Of a DNA stretch of 64,000 nucleotides, positions 1 to 16,709 are shown one piece after another. The stretch is from the human T2T-CHM13v2.0 reference genome, Homo sapiens, in NCBI RefSeq assembly GCF_009914755.1, contig NC_060927.1. One strand, given 5' to 3'. The notes below the pieces were generated by a model. The model was not told the origin of the DNA. It saw only the letters and a program-made list of their open reading frames with translations, and did no database searches. The number at the start of each line of letters is the position of its first letter. Position 1 is the first letter of the stretch. The position numbers and the translations under genes are program-made.

Positions 1-308
<308 letters not shown>

Positions 309-340
309 ATGCCCAGATAATTTTTAAATTTTTTTTGTAA

Positions 341-674
<334 letters not shown>

Positions 675-1183
675 TTATATATTTATTTATTGTAGAGATG
701 GAGTCTCGCTATGTCACCCAGGCTGGTCTTGAATTCCTGAGCTCAAGTTATCCTCCCATCTCAACCTCTCAAAGTGTTGGGATTACAGGCAGGAGCCACC
801 AAAACTGGCCAGATCTTCTTTAAAGTAGATCTGCTAACAATAAATTCTCATAGTTTACCTTCTTCTGAGAATATTTTGATTTCTTCATTTCTGAAGAATA
901 TTTTTCACCAAGTATAGGGTTCTGGTATTTTTTTTTTCCAGTCTCAAGGCAGGAAAAAATCTTTCCCTGCTCAAAGACAGTCAGCTTTATTTACTATTTT
1001 AAATGATAAAATTAAATAGTATAGGGTTCTATATTGACAATTATTTTCTCTTGGTACCTAAAAAATATTGAGTCACTTTTTCTGGTCTGCATGGTTTCTA
1101 ATGAGAAATCTGCTGTCATTCTGATGCTTTTTATTTATAAGTAAGGTATTATTTTTTCTCTAGATGCTATAAAGGTGTTTTTC

Positions 1184-1395
1184 AGTGGGGCTTACACCTG
1201 TAACCCCAGTATTCTGGGAGGCTGAGGCAAAAGGGTCACTTGAGTTCAGTAGTTTGACACTAGCCTGGGCAACATAGTGAGACCCTGTCTCCACAAAAAA
1301 TTTAAAAAGTAGCTGGACATGGTGGTGCATGCCTGTAATCCCAGCTACTCAAGAGGCTGAGGTGGGAGGATCACTTGAGCCCGGGAGATTGATGC
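1184..1395 (+). mobile_element. AluJ fragment
   Basis: Diverged, 3'-truncated Alu. Confidence 0.85.
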
Positions 1396-1832
1396 TTATG
1401 GTTTGCTCAGCTTGTTGAGCCCTTACGTTTATGTCTGCTTTCAAATTAGGGACTTTTTAGCCCTGCCCTCTTCCTGCCCGCCTTCTGAGATTTCAGTGAC
1501 ACAAATAGTAGACATTTTGGTGTAGTACCAAAGATCCCTGAGGGTCTGTCTCTTTTTTTTGGTCTATTTTTTTTTTTTCTCTTTACTGTTCAGACTGGGT
1601 AATTCTTGTTGGTCTATCTTTCAGCTTAGTGATGATTTCACCTGTCCCTCTCATTCTGCTGTTATGTCCATTCTCTAGGTTTTTTACTTTGGTTTTTGTA
1701 TTTTAAAGTACTAAAATGTTTCTTTCACTCTTTTATCGTTTTGTTTGTTTGTTTGTGTTTTTTTTTGCTCAGGCTTGCTTTCTTTTATTTGTTTTTGTTT
1801 GAAGCATGTTTGTAGTTGTTGCTCACTGAAGC

Positions 1833-2142
1833 TTTTATTTATTTATTTATTTATTTATTTCGAGATTGAGTCTCACTCTGTTGCCCAGGCTGGAATGCAA
1901 TGGCGCGATCTCGATTCACTACAACCTCCGCTTCTTGGGTTCAAGCGATTCTCCTGCCTCAGCTTCCTGAGTTGCTGGGATTACAGGTGTGCACACCACG
2001 CCCAGCTAATTTTTGTATTTTTAGTAGAGATGGGGTTTCGGCATGTTGGCCAGGCTGGTCTCAAATTCCTGAGCTCAGGTGATCTGCCCACCTAGGTGTC
2101 CCAAAGTGCTGGGATTACAGGGGTGAGCCACTGCGCCCGGCC
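1833..2142 (-). mobile_element. AluSx-like
   Basis: Full dimer; TSD ctcactgaagc on both sides. Confidence 0.93.
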
Positions 2143-3044
2143 TCACTGAAGCATCTTTACCGTGGCTGCTTTAAAATCTTTGTCTCTGTTACCTTGTAGA
2201 CATAATTCTAATGTCTCTGTTATCTTGGAATTGGAATCTACGGATTGTCTTTTTTTCTTTTGAAATCTTCCTGGTTCCTGAGGAGATGAGTGATTTTTCA
2301 TTGAAAATCAGATATTTTCATATTATGTTTTGAAACTCTGCATCTTATTTAAAAATTCTGTTTTAGTTGGCTTTCTCTGACATCTCTCTTGCTAGGGAAG
2401 GAAGAGCGCCACCTCATCATTGCCATCTTGACACAGAAATACAGCTTAACTATTAAGCTTCTGTTTATACCTGAGATGGGGGTGCTCCTTGTTACTAATA
2501 AAAAGGAAGTTCCAGCTCCCGGCATGTCTCCACTGACACTGCAGTGGCCTTGTTACCACTGGTGCTGGTGACATCATGACTGTCCACTAGGCTCCCCTCG
2601 ACCCTATTCAGTGGCGATGGGAAGGAATGCATATTACTGCCAGGAGGGGGTAAAAGTCTAGAATCCTTAGATATCTCTACTGAAAACTGGAGTGGGAGTA
2701 GAGTCACGTTACTGGCCAGTAGGGATGACAATCCTAGCTCTCTGTTTGGCCTTCTCTGACACCATCCCAGTGTGGGTGCTGTGTCACTTCCCACAGCCTC
2801 ACAAGGGTGAAATTCTAGGTCCCTACTTGGCCTTTGCTGGCCTGTGTGGAGGTGGTGCCATAGTTTTTCTGTGGTGTTTGGCTGCGGTGAAGCAGTTATT
2901 ATCTAAAACTTCTCTGTTTTCCTAGGCTGCCCCTTTCCTGGTTCTTCGGCAAGAGAGAGCAGGTTTTTGTTGGGGTGGTTTTGTCTGCACTTATTAGCAT
3001 TTCTGGGTTGCCAGCTCGCTCAGCTCTGAGTCTGAGATATATGA

Positions 3045-3416
<372 letters not shown>

Positions 3417-3475
3417 GGGCCCCAGGTTTTCTAGCCGGCATGGCTTTTCTCTTCATCTTTCTGAGCTAAGCCTTG

Positions 3476-3478
<3 letters not shown>

Positions 3479-3513
<35 letters not shown>

Positions 3514-3625
3514 TTCTTATCAATATATTTTACATATAATATCAATGTAAATATATATGTAATATCTACATATATCTATACATTAGATATATCTATATAT
3601 TATATATAGATATATTTATATATAA
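3479..3625. repeat. (TG)n microsatellite plus AT-rich low-complexity tract
   Basis: Direct reading. Confidence 0.9.
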
Positions 3626-3956
3626 AATGTCCAAAGTTTTTCATTGTACTTAGCAGGAGTAATAAGAAAAAGTAAGTCTATTTCATTTCTCAGAAGTGGG
3701 AAATTTTATTTTTTAAAAGATTTGACATTTTGTCAATAAAAATAATTCAGTATAAAGGGGAAACATTACAACACAGAATGGTGAGACAGAAAGCAAGGTC
3801 CTTGAGTTGGTGAGATGACACATGGAGGGGCTGGTTCTCTGATAGAATCAGGGACACCTCTTTCATTGGCACAAAAGGGAAGGTAGAGGGACGTATATTG
3901 CAGACAGGTCTAGAGAGTCAGGGTTGAGTAGACGAGGGGATTCTTCTACAATAGAC

Positions 3957-4151
3957 CAGTGCTGTTCAATAGAAATTTCTGAGATGGTGAAAATGTCCTA
4001 TATCTACACAGTCCAGTATGATAGTAAGGGGAGATGTGGCTGTTTAACATTTGCAATGCGGTTAGTGCAACTCAGGCACTGAATTTTTAATTTAAATTAA
4101 TTTAAATTTAAATAGCTACATGTGGCTAGTAGCTACCATTGGACAGTATAG
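3957..4151 (+). mobile_element. MER3 (hAT-Charlie MITE)
   Basis: cagtgctgttcaatagaaatttctg...aatagctacatgtggctagtagctaccattggacagtatag follows the MER3 consensus, with terminal inverted repeats. Confidence 0.85.
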
Positions 4152-4348
4152 CTCTAGATGAAAGATGAGGTAGATTCATTGGTTGAAAGTGAAGCTGAGA
4201 GGTGAGAATGTAGGGATAAGTTGGAGGTTACAGAAGAGATGAAAAGATGTAAGACAGTCCTCTTGATGTGTGATCATGACTGGTCAACACAGTGGTGTGA
4301 TTTTCTCCAGCAAATACAGTTGCAGAAAAATCATATTATAAAAACATT

Positions 4349-4614
4349 GGCTGGGTGCGGTGGCTCATGCCTGTCATCCCAGCACTTTGGGAGGCTGAGG
4401 CAGGTAGATTGCTTGAGCCCAGGAGTTCGAGACCCTGTCTCTACAAAAAATACAAAAATTAGCTGCATGTGCACTTCTAGTCCCAGCTTCTTAGGAAACC
4501 GGGGTGGGAGGATCGCTTGAGCCTCGGAGGCAGAGGTTGCAGTGAGTTGAGATCAGCCACTGCACTGCAGCCTGGGTGACAGAGTGAGACTGTCTCAAAA
4601 AAAAATAAATAAAA
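4349..4614 (+). mobile_element. Alu with internal deletion
   Basis: Alu consensus with A-tail. Confidence 0.9.
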
Positions 4615-5459
4615 TCCCTCCCCCCCACCACATACACATTTTGACACCAGAGTTGAACAAACCCCCATTCTCCTCTAGTTTTCCAGGGAGGAAACAGATG
4701 GCCATGAAAATAAATAACTGAAGTTACTGGCCCAAGGTGACTACTACCTGGCATAACCAGGTCCTTAAGTGTTTCATTCCCTCAAATTAGTACCCTTTCC
4801 TTCATTTTTCTGCCTCCTCTTGCACCCTCTATTTGAATAATTTAATACCTATGGGCAAATGTTTTAGTACTCTCTAAAATCAGACCTGGAATCCAGACTG
4901 ATCTCAGGAAAGGTGTGACCTCCAATATTACTTATGTATAAAATATGAGCAAATATTTTGCCGCCTTTTGTATTTAATCATTTTTCTTTGGCTTCTTTTG
5001 TCCCCTATGCAGTCTCAATACCTTCACAGAGGTGAAGAAGCAGCAACCAAATGAATTAGACAGCAACATGATTCCTAGAGAATGGCAAGACCAATTCTTC
5101 AACTACTTCTTCAGCATTTCTGAAACATATGGAAGATGGCCCATTGTGCTCTCTTAATTCTTTGATAATCTGGACATTGACTTTTCCATTATATGACCTG
5201 GGCTTGTGGGCATCATGTCATAATGCACCTGTTCAGACATCTCCCTGTACCAATATGGATCACTTGAAGAGACTCCTTTGCCCCCATCAAAAAGGATACA
5301 GTTGTGTATCTCTTCCATTTTTGTTTACAGTGCCTAAAATTATTTGAGCAGTTTTTCACCTCTTCTCTGATAAACACCTTATTAGTCCTTAAAAAGAAAA
5401 GAAAAAAGGAAAATAAAACTTTTATTGAGATCCTAACATGTGGCAAATGCAATCATATA

Positions 5460-5740
5460 AATAATTTATTTATTCAACAAATAGTATATGCACAACCCAA
5501 TGAAATAAATGAAGGATACATAGATGATGAGGACAAAGTTCATGCTTAAAAGAAGCTCTTAGTCTACTGAGAGAGACAGATAATGTCTAAGGATAAATTG
5601 CAGCATAAATAAATCCAACCCTGGGAGGTAACTATTTTTATTCTTGTTTTACAGATTCAGAAACAGGCCACTAAAGGTTAAGTGATGAATTCATGATCAC
5701 ACAGCCAGACACAGGATTTCAACTCAGATTCAAATACCGC
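5460..5740 (-). mobile_element. L2 3' end followed by MIR
   Basis: ttattcaacaaata L2 tail motif; ttttacagat..gaaacagg..aaggttaagtga MIR core. Confidence 0.65.
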
Positions 5741-5859
5741 CAGAACACCTCCCATTGGGGAAAAAAACCTGCCAGTAAACTACATTTAAAATTTTATTTT
5801 GAATGTCAAGCTTAAAAGGTAAGATATAATTAACATATATCACTAAAACATTTTTTTAA

Positions 5860-6640
<781 letters not shown>

Positions 6641-9029
6641 CTGACTTTGAATCAAGCAGTGTCATTGTTCTGGTTTTTCCTAGGATTTGATTTTTACAGT
6701 ATTCAGTTTGTTTACTTGTTGAGAAAAATTAAGGGGGGGCAGAGAAATGAAGCAATGGTTGGAGAGAGAAAGGAGGTGTGTTCACATTGAAGATGAGAGT
6801 GTGGATTTATAATCTATAAAACTGAAGTTTTCCTTTGAAAATTGCAAAGTGGACTTTGTAGAGGGTGGAGCTCCATGGCGCTTCACATCCTGGCAGCTGG
6901 GAATAACTTCCCAAGGACTTAAAAAATTAACAAATTAAAACCACTGTTACTCCTAACTCAAATTCTAACCAGTGTATCCAACACAGTAATGTGAGGTATT
7001 TATGTTTGGAACCACTGGATAGGCTAAAAGTTAACTCAGGCTTAAAACTAGTTGACACAAAGCAATTTTGGCTGAACCAAATTGACCTAACAAAATGCAA
7101 AATTGTTCTAACAGCGGGATTGTTCATTTCACTCTGTGGGTCCTGAATGCAGTGGAAATCCCCACACTGTCTAATGACATTTCTAGGTATACTGCTCCCC
7201 AAATTAGTGCTTTCCTGAATGATAAGGCAGCACTAGAAAATATCAAATGGCCAACACTAAGAAGCCATTCTCATATTACTGCCTCTAGGGTGATTGCATT
7301 TCAAAGATGCCAAGTTATAGCAAAGACACACTTTCAGGATGCCCAAGACTTCTAGACAATTTGAGAACACCAGAGTTGCTACAAAAACTTTACAGGAGGC
7401 CACTGATTCTCCATATCTATAGTCATTTGGGCCCAGGTAAGTATGGCCTTGAGCAGAAATGCACCAAATTTGTACTTTCTCTACCCTGGCACCAGGATGC
7501 TTTGTGTGCTGGAAAGTTCGCATCCATAGTAATTCCCTGTGTTGGACCTGACCTCTCCATCCCAGTTGACTATGGAAGGAAGCCAAAAAAGAGGGGGGTG
7601 TTGATGCATTTATTTGCATTTGCCATTTTTATTTGCCTTAGGAACTTCAGACCGCAGGCCTCCTTAAGCATGAACTGTTTGTTAAAGTCTGGTGTTGCCT
7701 TTTGTGGACTGGTCTAGCCAAGAGTTGTTTTAACCCAAATGGGGAGATGGGGGTGGGGCTGGGGTGGGGTAAGACATCTGCAGAGCCCAACAACCGTTAC
7801 CAAGGCCTACCCTGGCTCTGCCCCTACCTGCCGAACGTTAAACAAAGCCCCTGGGAGAACTCGGGCAAGCTGAACACCTTGGTCAAACACGAAGCAAACC
7901 ACCACCAGGTGTGCTTGCAGAACAGACTCTCCATCAGCGTCCTGTCATGCAGAAAATGTTTATCCAATTTGTCAAGATAATCTTTCCTCAAATAAGCTTT
8001 GGGCCTATTCCTTGGAACAGCCTGAATTTAGTCGGTATAATGTAACTCTATTTTTTTTCACCCATTTTCCTTTAATTGCTGTGTCAACTTTTCCCTGGCT
8101 TTAAGCAAACTGAAAGTAATTATATCATTCTTAAGTGAGTAATCTTCTGACTGGGTTAGCTGATTCGTGAGTTACTCTAAAATTCTAAACTGTGCTGTTC
8201 TTTTTCAAACACATTTTCTTAGATGTTTCGCAAAGTTTGGCTCATCGATGACCCACGGGTGTGTTTATTCTGTCACGTTTCGTGGCTACGCCGTGACTAT
8301 ATTAGGGCATTTGAAAAGAAGTTAAGTGTAGAAATATGAGAAGGGAGAAAAAGGAAACTTCACCTACTAATTTCAGTATTTCTTGGAAATATTACAGTCA
8401 TTGTAAATAACTTGCAGCTTCAAGCATGAAGAACGTTTGATTAGTGCTTTGAATCATGGTGTAATATTAGAGGCTGGGCTTGATGGACTTAAAAAGCACT
8501 CACTTCTTTCATTTCATAATATAGTTTCCTTGCTATTTGACACCTTGTGTGATATTGTTTTGTTTAAAACACAGAAACGCTAAAGGTTACCACATTTTTC
8601 TTAGTTCTACTCATTGACATACTCCCACAGAACTCATGATATATTTAAAAATAGAAGGCTCAGCCATCTGGCTATTGGATGGTTTCTATTTTTGTTTCTC
8701 TTTGCATTCACAAAGTCTGTTGAGTCTGAAATTCTCTATGTTCTGCCCTATATGTAATTGTGTATACACACACACACACTTTCTCATTTAAATTTAGCCA
8801 TTATCAATCTGGGTTTGTTTTACCGACCACAGTGACACTTTGGTGGGGACGCTAACCTTGCTTAATTTATGCATTAGTCAAGTCTGCATTAAATCCTAAC
8901 TCTGAGGATTGTTACCTAAAGTCTAAAAGATGCCAAATCAAAGGCATTTCTTATTAATATATATCACCCATGTTTACTCAGGATTTTCATTAATAGAAAT
9001 AGGCTCCTTGTCTTGGCTTTGACGAAGCC

Positions 9030-9200
9030 ACAGGACTACAGGAAACTGTAAAGCTCATCTCATGAATCCCCATCATTTTATACCCGAGGAAACTAGGGTC
9101 TAGAGATGTAGAGAAAGATCAGTTTAAGGTCACATGGCTAATTAGTAGTAAAATTCCCTTTAGAATACAGATCTCCTGACTTTTTCTAATGCTCTATCCA
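9030..9200 (-). mobile_element. MIR
   Basis: cattttata...gaggaaactagggtctagaga...aaggtcacatggctaattagt. Confidence 0.65.
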
Positions 9201-9533
9201 TTTTCATAAACTAGATAGGAGCTAATAAGGATATTTTTTGTGAAGTTCAGCAATGTATACTTTAATTACATTAATTATATGTTTATAACCTCTGTTATTT
9301 ATAGGATTGTGTTTACAAGCAAAACTGAAGTGCATTGTTATGTTTTGATGGTTAAAAATAATATTTCCTCACCTCTCAGGTGTCAGTGACCCTCAAACTT
9401 TATTGCATGAATGAGCTGGTTACAAAGGCAGATTCCTCAAGAGAATGGAAAGACAAGCCACAGACTGGGAGAAAATAATTGCAAAAGATACATCTGATAA
9501 AGTATTGCTATCTAAAATATACAAACGACTCCC

Positions 9534-9846
9534 AGTCGGGTGCGGAGGCTCACGCCTGTAATCCCAGCATTTTGAGAGGCTGAGGCAGGTGGATCACCTG
9601 AGGTCAGGAGTTCGAGACCAACCTGACCAACATGATGAAACCCCATCTCTACTAAATACAAGAAATCAGCTGGGTGTGGTGGCACATGACTGTAATCCAA
9701 GCTACTTGGGAGGCTGAGGCAAGAGAATCACTTGAACCTGGAGGCAGAGGTTGCAGTGAGCCAAGATTGTACCATTGCACTCTAGCCTGGGCAACGAGAG
9801 CAAAATTCTATCTCAAAAAAAAAATAAATAAATACAATAAAAATAA
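9534..9846 (+). mobile_element. AluS within L1MC
   Basis: TSD taaaatatacaaac(g/a)actc. Confidence 0.93.
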
Positions 9847-10261
9847 TAAAATATACAAACAACTCTTAAAACTTGACAATAAGAAAATTGAACAACCTGA
9901 TTTTTAAAATAGGCAAAAGACCTAAATAGACATTTCACCAAAGAAAATAAACAGATTCCAAGTAAGCATATGAAAAGATGTTCATCATCATATGTCCTCC
10001 TCAGGGAACTGCAAATTAAAACAGCAATATGATACCACTACACATGTATTAGAAAAAACAAAATATAGAACACTGACAACACCAAATGCTGGCAAGGATG
10101 TGGAGCAACAGGAACTCTCATTCATTGCTGGTAGGAATGCAAAATGGCATAGCCACTTTGGAAGAAGCTTTAAACTAAACATACTCTTACCATATGACCC
10201 AGCAATCTTGCTCCTTGGTATTTATCCAAATGAATTAAAATTTTATTAAGATTTTAATAAG

Positions 10262-11213
<952 letters not shown>

Positions 11214-11692
11214 GTTTATGCCATCTTTATTTATAATTGCCAAAACTTGGAAGCAACTAAGATGTTCTTCAGTAGGTGAATGGATAAACAATGGTACAGG
11301 CAGACAATAAAATATTATTCAGTTCTAAAAAGAAATGAGCTATCAAGCCATGAAAAGACATGGAGAAACCTCGAACACATATTATGAAATGAAAGAAGCT
11401 AGTCCGAAAAGGTTATATACCGTATGTTCTGGAAAAGGCAAAACTATGGAGACAGTAAAAAGATCAGTGGTTGCCAGGGGTTGAAAGGGGAAGGGAGGGA
11501 TAAATAGGCACAGCACAAAGGATTTTCAGAACAGTGAAAGTATTCTGTATGACACTGTAATAATGAATCATGTCATTATACATCTGTCAAAGCCCATGGA
11601 ATGTACAACACCAAGAGTGAACCCTAATATAAGCTATGGTCTTTGGATGACAATGATGTGTCAATATAGGTTTGTCAATTATAACAAGTGTA

Positions 11693-11998
11693 GGCCGGGT
11701 GCGATGGCTCAGGCCTGTAATCCCAGCACTTTGGGAGTCCGAGGCGGGCGGATCACCTGAGGTCAGGAGTTCGAGACCAGGCTGGCCAACATAGTGAAAC
11801 ACCGTCTCTACTAAAAATACAAAAATTAGCCAGGCCTGGTGGCGCGTGCCTATAGTCCCAGTTACTCAGGAGGCTGAGGCAGGAGACTGACTTGAACCCA
11901 GGAGGCAGAGTGAGCTGAGATCGTGCCATTGCACTCCAGCCTGGGTGATAGAGTGAGACTCCGTCTCAAAAAATAATAAATAAATAAATAAAACAAAC
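11693..11998 (+). mobile_element. AluSx-like
   Basis: Full dimer with A-rich tail. Confidence 0.92.
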
Positions 11999-12124
11999 AT
12001 AGTGGCGCAGATATTGATAGTGGGGGAGGTCGTGTGTTATGGCAACAAGGGGTATATCGGAAGTCTCTACACTTGCTGCTCAGTTTTGCTATGAATGTAG
12101 AACAGCCCTAAAAAATAAATTTAA

Positions 12125-12436
<312 letters not shown>

Positions 12437-12459
12437 AAATTTTATTAATTAAAAAAAAA

Positions 12460-12638
12460 AAAAAGATTCCTGCTCTACTCCACTTCACATGTCATCCTCA
12501 TCCGACCTCCACCCCCTACCAATGCCAATGCTGATTTAGCTGTACTGAAGTGAGGCCCTGAAATCTGCATTTTTAGCAAGGATGCTAACAATTCTGATGA
12601 GGGGTAGAAAACAGCATTTTCAGAAATCTTGGTCTCTA
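12460..12638. mobile_element. MER5-family DNA element
   Basis: gaggccctgaaatctgcatttttagcaag...ttctgatg motif. Confidence 0.6.
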
Positions 12639-13139
12639 CCCTCCAGCCTGCTGAGGACGTAGCTCATATATGAAGCAGACACACTGTTTATTCAGTCTAC
12701 AGACAGCCTGCTTCAAATATCCATTTGCTAACCCACAACCTCCTGAAGCAACCTACTGCTCAGGAACCCCTACTTTGCAATTAAAGTCATTAAACACAGA
12801 GGTCAAACTGTTTTGAAAAAAGGCAGCAGGCTAGGCAGGGCCACAGTATGGTTATTTCCCTCTACCTGCTGGAGGGGAGGACTCGAAAGCTTTTCCATCA
12901 ACCAGACTGTTCAGTGTGTCTTGGTTAGCTGCACCTGCCTTCTGGCCTTTGCTTTTCTGTTCTGTGATAAGAGAACAAAGCCACCAGCTGAGGAATTGGT
13001 TGCCTGAACCAGTAGGAGCAAAGTATTCCTCGAAGACTTCAGCCCTAATCAGGGGCTGAGGAGTTCTCAGCCAGCTGCGGTCAATGTCAAGCCAAGTAGG
13101 AAAGTGTATATCAGCTGGAGAATTCCAGGGTCTTTCTTG

Positions 13140-13565
13140 AATTTTTTTTCTTTTCTTTCTTTCTTTTTTTTTTTTTTTACTGGAGACAGGCTGTCACTCT
13201 GTCACCCAGGCTAGAATGCAGTAGTGCAATCATGGCTCACTACAGCCTTGACTTCCTGGGCTCAGGCAATCCCCACATCTCAGCCTCCCAAGTAGTTGGG
13301 CCTGCAAGTATGCGCTACCATGCCCTGCTAATTTTTAAATTTTGTGTATTCTTTGTAGGGACAGAGCTTCACCATGTTTCCCAAGCTGATTTTTTCCTTT
13401 TTAAATTTTACTTTGTTTTAGAGATGGGGGTCTCTCCATGTTGCCCAGACTGGAAAGCAGGGGCTATTTCCAAGTGCGAGCATAGTCCACTGCAGTCTCA
13501 AACTCCTGGCCTTAAGCCATCTGCCTGTCTCAGTCTCCTGAGGAGCTGGGACTACAGGCATGAGA
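13140..13565 (-). mobile_element. AluJ fragment followed by a FAM (fossil Alu monomer)-like element
   Basis: The second unit carries the 7SL-derived ggctatt..agtgcgagcatagtccact segment absent from dimeric Alus. Confidence 0.7.
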
Positions 13566-13579
13566 GGTCTTTGCATTTT

Positions 13580-13860
13580 TCAGTCATTTTGTGGGATATT
13601 ATGCTTACTCTGTGCAGGACGCTCTTCCAGGCAGTGCGAATATATCAGGAAGTAAAATCCTTGACCTCATGGAGCTTATATTCTATCTATATATAGTGCT
13701 TGCTATGTGCTGGCACTTTTCTAAGCACTTTACTTGTATTGATTCTTTAATCTTCACAACATTATAATTTAGGTGGCATTATTATCCCTGTTTAAAGATG
13801 CTGATACTGATGTACAGAGAGATTTAGATGTTTGCCTAAGGTTGCATGCAACCCAATCTA
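13580..13860 (-). mobile_element. L2 and MIR fragments
   Basis: ctcatggagcttatattcta (L2); ctaagcactttacttgtatt...tttaatcttcacaac (MIR). Confidence 0.65.
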
Positions 13861-13946
13861 AACCAAAAACTATGGTTGAGCGCTCCCACAGGGCATTACT
13901 TCCTTTTAGATCCTGGGGCAAAAATTGCCCTATCTCACCAGTATTA

Positions 13947-13947
<1 letters not shown>

Positions 13948-13992
<45 letters not shown>

Positions 13993-14277
13993 GAGACAGG
14001 GTGCCACTCTGTCACCCAGGCTAGAGTGCAGTGGCATAATCATGGCTCACTGCAACCTTGATCTCCAGGGCTCAAGCAATCCTCCCACCTCAGCCTCCTG
14101 AGTACCTGGGACTACAGGTAGCCACCAGCATGTCAGGCTATTTTTTTTTTTTTTTTGGTAAAGATGGGGGTCTCACTTTGTTGCTCGGGCTGGTCATGAA
14201 CTCCTGGGCTCAAGTAATCCTCCTGCCTTGGCCCCTGAAGTGCTGTGATTTATAGGTAGAGAGCCACTGTGCCTGGT
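13948..14277 (-). mobile_element. AluJ with (ATT)n tail microsatellite
   Basis: About 15 ATT units, then reverse AluJ. Confidence 0.9.
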
Positions 14278-14310
14278 TTTATTACATTATTCATAAGCGG
14301 GGAAGAGGAC

Positions 14311-14571
14311 CGTCTTAGTCACTTGGGCTGCTGTAATGAAATACCAGACTGAGGTGGCTTAAACAATAAACATTGATTTCTCACAATCTGGGGGATAGAA
14401 GACCAAGATCGGGGTGCCAGGATAACCAGGTTCTGGTGAAAGCACTCCTCCTGGGTTACAGGTAGCCATCTTCTCATTGTATTCTGACTTGGTGGAAGGA
14501 AAGAGGGCTGGCTCTCTTCCTCTTCTTATAAAGACACTAATCCCATCATGGGGACTCTGTCCTTATGACTG
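14311..14571. mobile_element. MLT1A-type ERVL-MaLR LTR fragment
   Basis: tcttagtc..gggctgctgtaatgaaatacc...ggtggcttaaacaa...tcttcttataaagacactaatcccatcatg. Confidence 0.8.
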
Positions 14572-14574
14572 GAT

Positions 14575-15260
<686 letters not shown>

Positions 15261-15264
15261 TCTT

Positions 15265-15815
<551 letters not shown>

Positions 15816-16709
15816 TAAATATAAGCAGCTATTTGAATCCCAGTGAGAACCAGTTACTATTCATTCCCCTGAGACATGTTCCACTTCTTCCTCTATTCGT
15901 AGATTATATTAGTAACTAAAGAGAGTAAGAGTCTGCCTGAGACATGAATATATTTTCTGCCTTCAAAGGCTAGAGCCAGAGAAAGTGCTTCCCTCTGACT
16001 GTGAGGGAAGGAGGGTCTTTGAGTCACTGAGTGGATGTCTGAGTCTCCACACATCCTGCTGACAGCGCGTGACTACTGCCTCCAGGTCACCACACCTGGC
16101 ACACCCAGATCACCTCCTTCAAGACCTTCATTCACTCCATGCTTTTGTTATTCATGGCCATAGCTGGGAGGACCACTTTGTTTCTGGCTTCTTGAGACAC
16201 AAATGCACCAGTTTCTTTGCAAAGACATGGATGAGAGGCTTATCCTGGCTGAGAAGGAGATTTTGTGGTGAGTACTGGTCTGTTGATGTCACTGAGGCTA
16301 CATTTCTGGGCTCTAGGGAGATCAGCGTACCCACCTTCCTGAACTGGGTCACCATCTCCAGGATGTGACTGCTGAAGGCTGTGCACACCACATTGGTGGG
16401 ACCCCACCCACTACTTTACCTGTTTCACCAATGGTTTGCCTTCCATGGCTGAGTCTCTTTAATGGCAACTGCACCCATACCACACCAGTCTGTGGATGTT
16501 CCTAATGCTATTTTTATTTTTGCAACTTTTTGTAAGTTTGAAATTGTTACTCAATAAAAATATAAAATTGTACGTATTTGTCTGGATGTGTACATGTGCA
16601 TTTTTCTGGGGAGAGGGTTGGTCCATGGGTGTTCTTAGGTTATCATGAGAGTATGACAGAAGTAAGTGACTTAGATGTGGCATCTTGATTTGTGAAGAAC
16701 AGTTTATCT

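Noticed and set aside
7307-7717. 136-aa ORF in the unique island
   Set aside because: No recognisable homology or domain, and overlapping ORFs of similar length on both strands; consistent with chance.
13773-14061. Poly-Tyr and poly-Ile ORFs (also 45162-45413)
   Set aside because: Translations of (ATT)n Alu-tail microsatellites.
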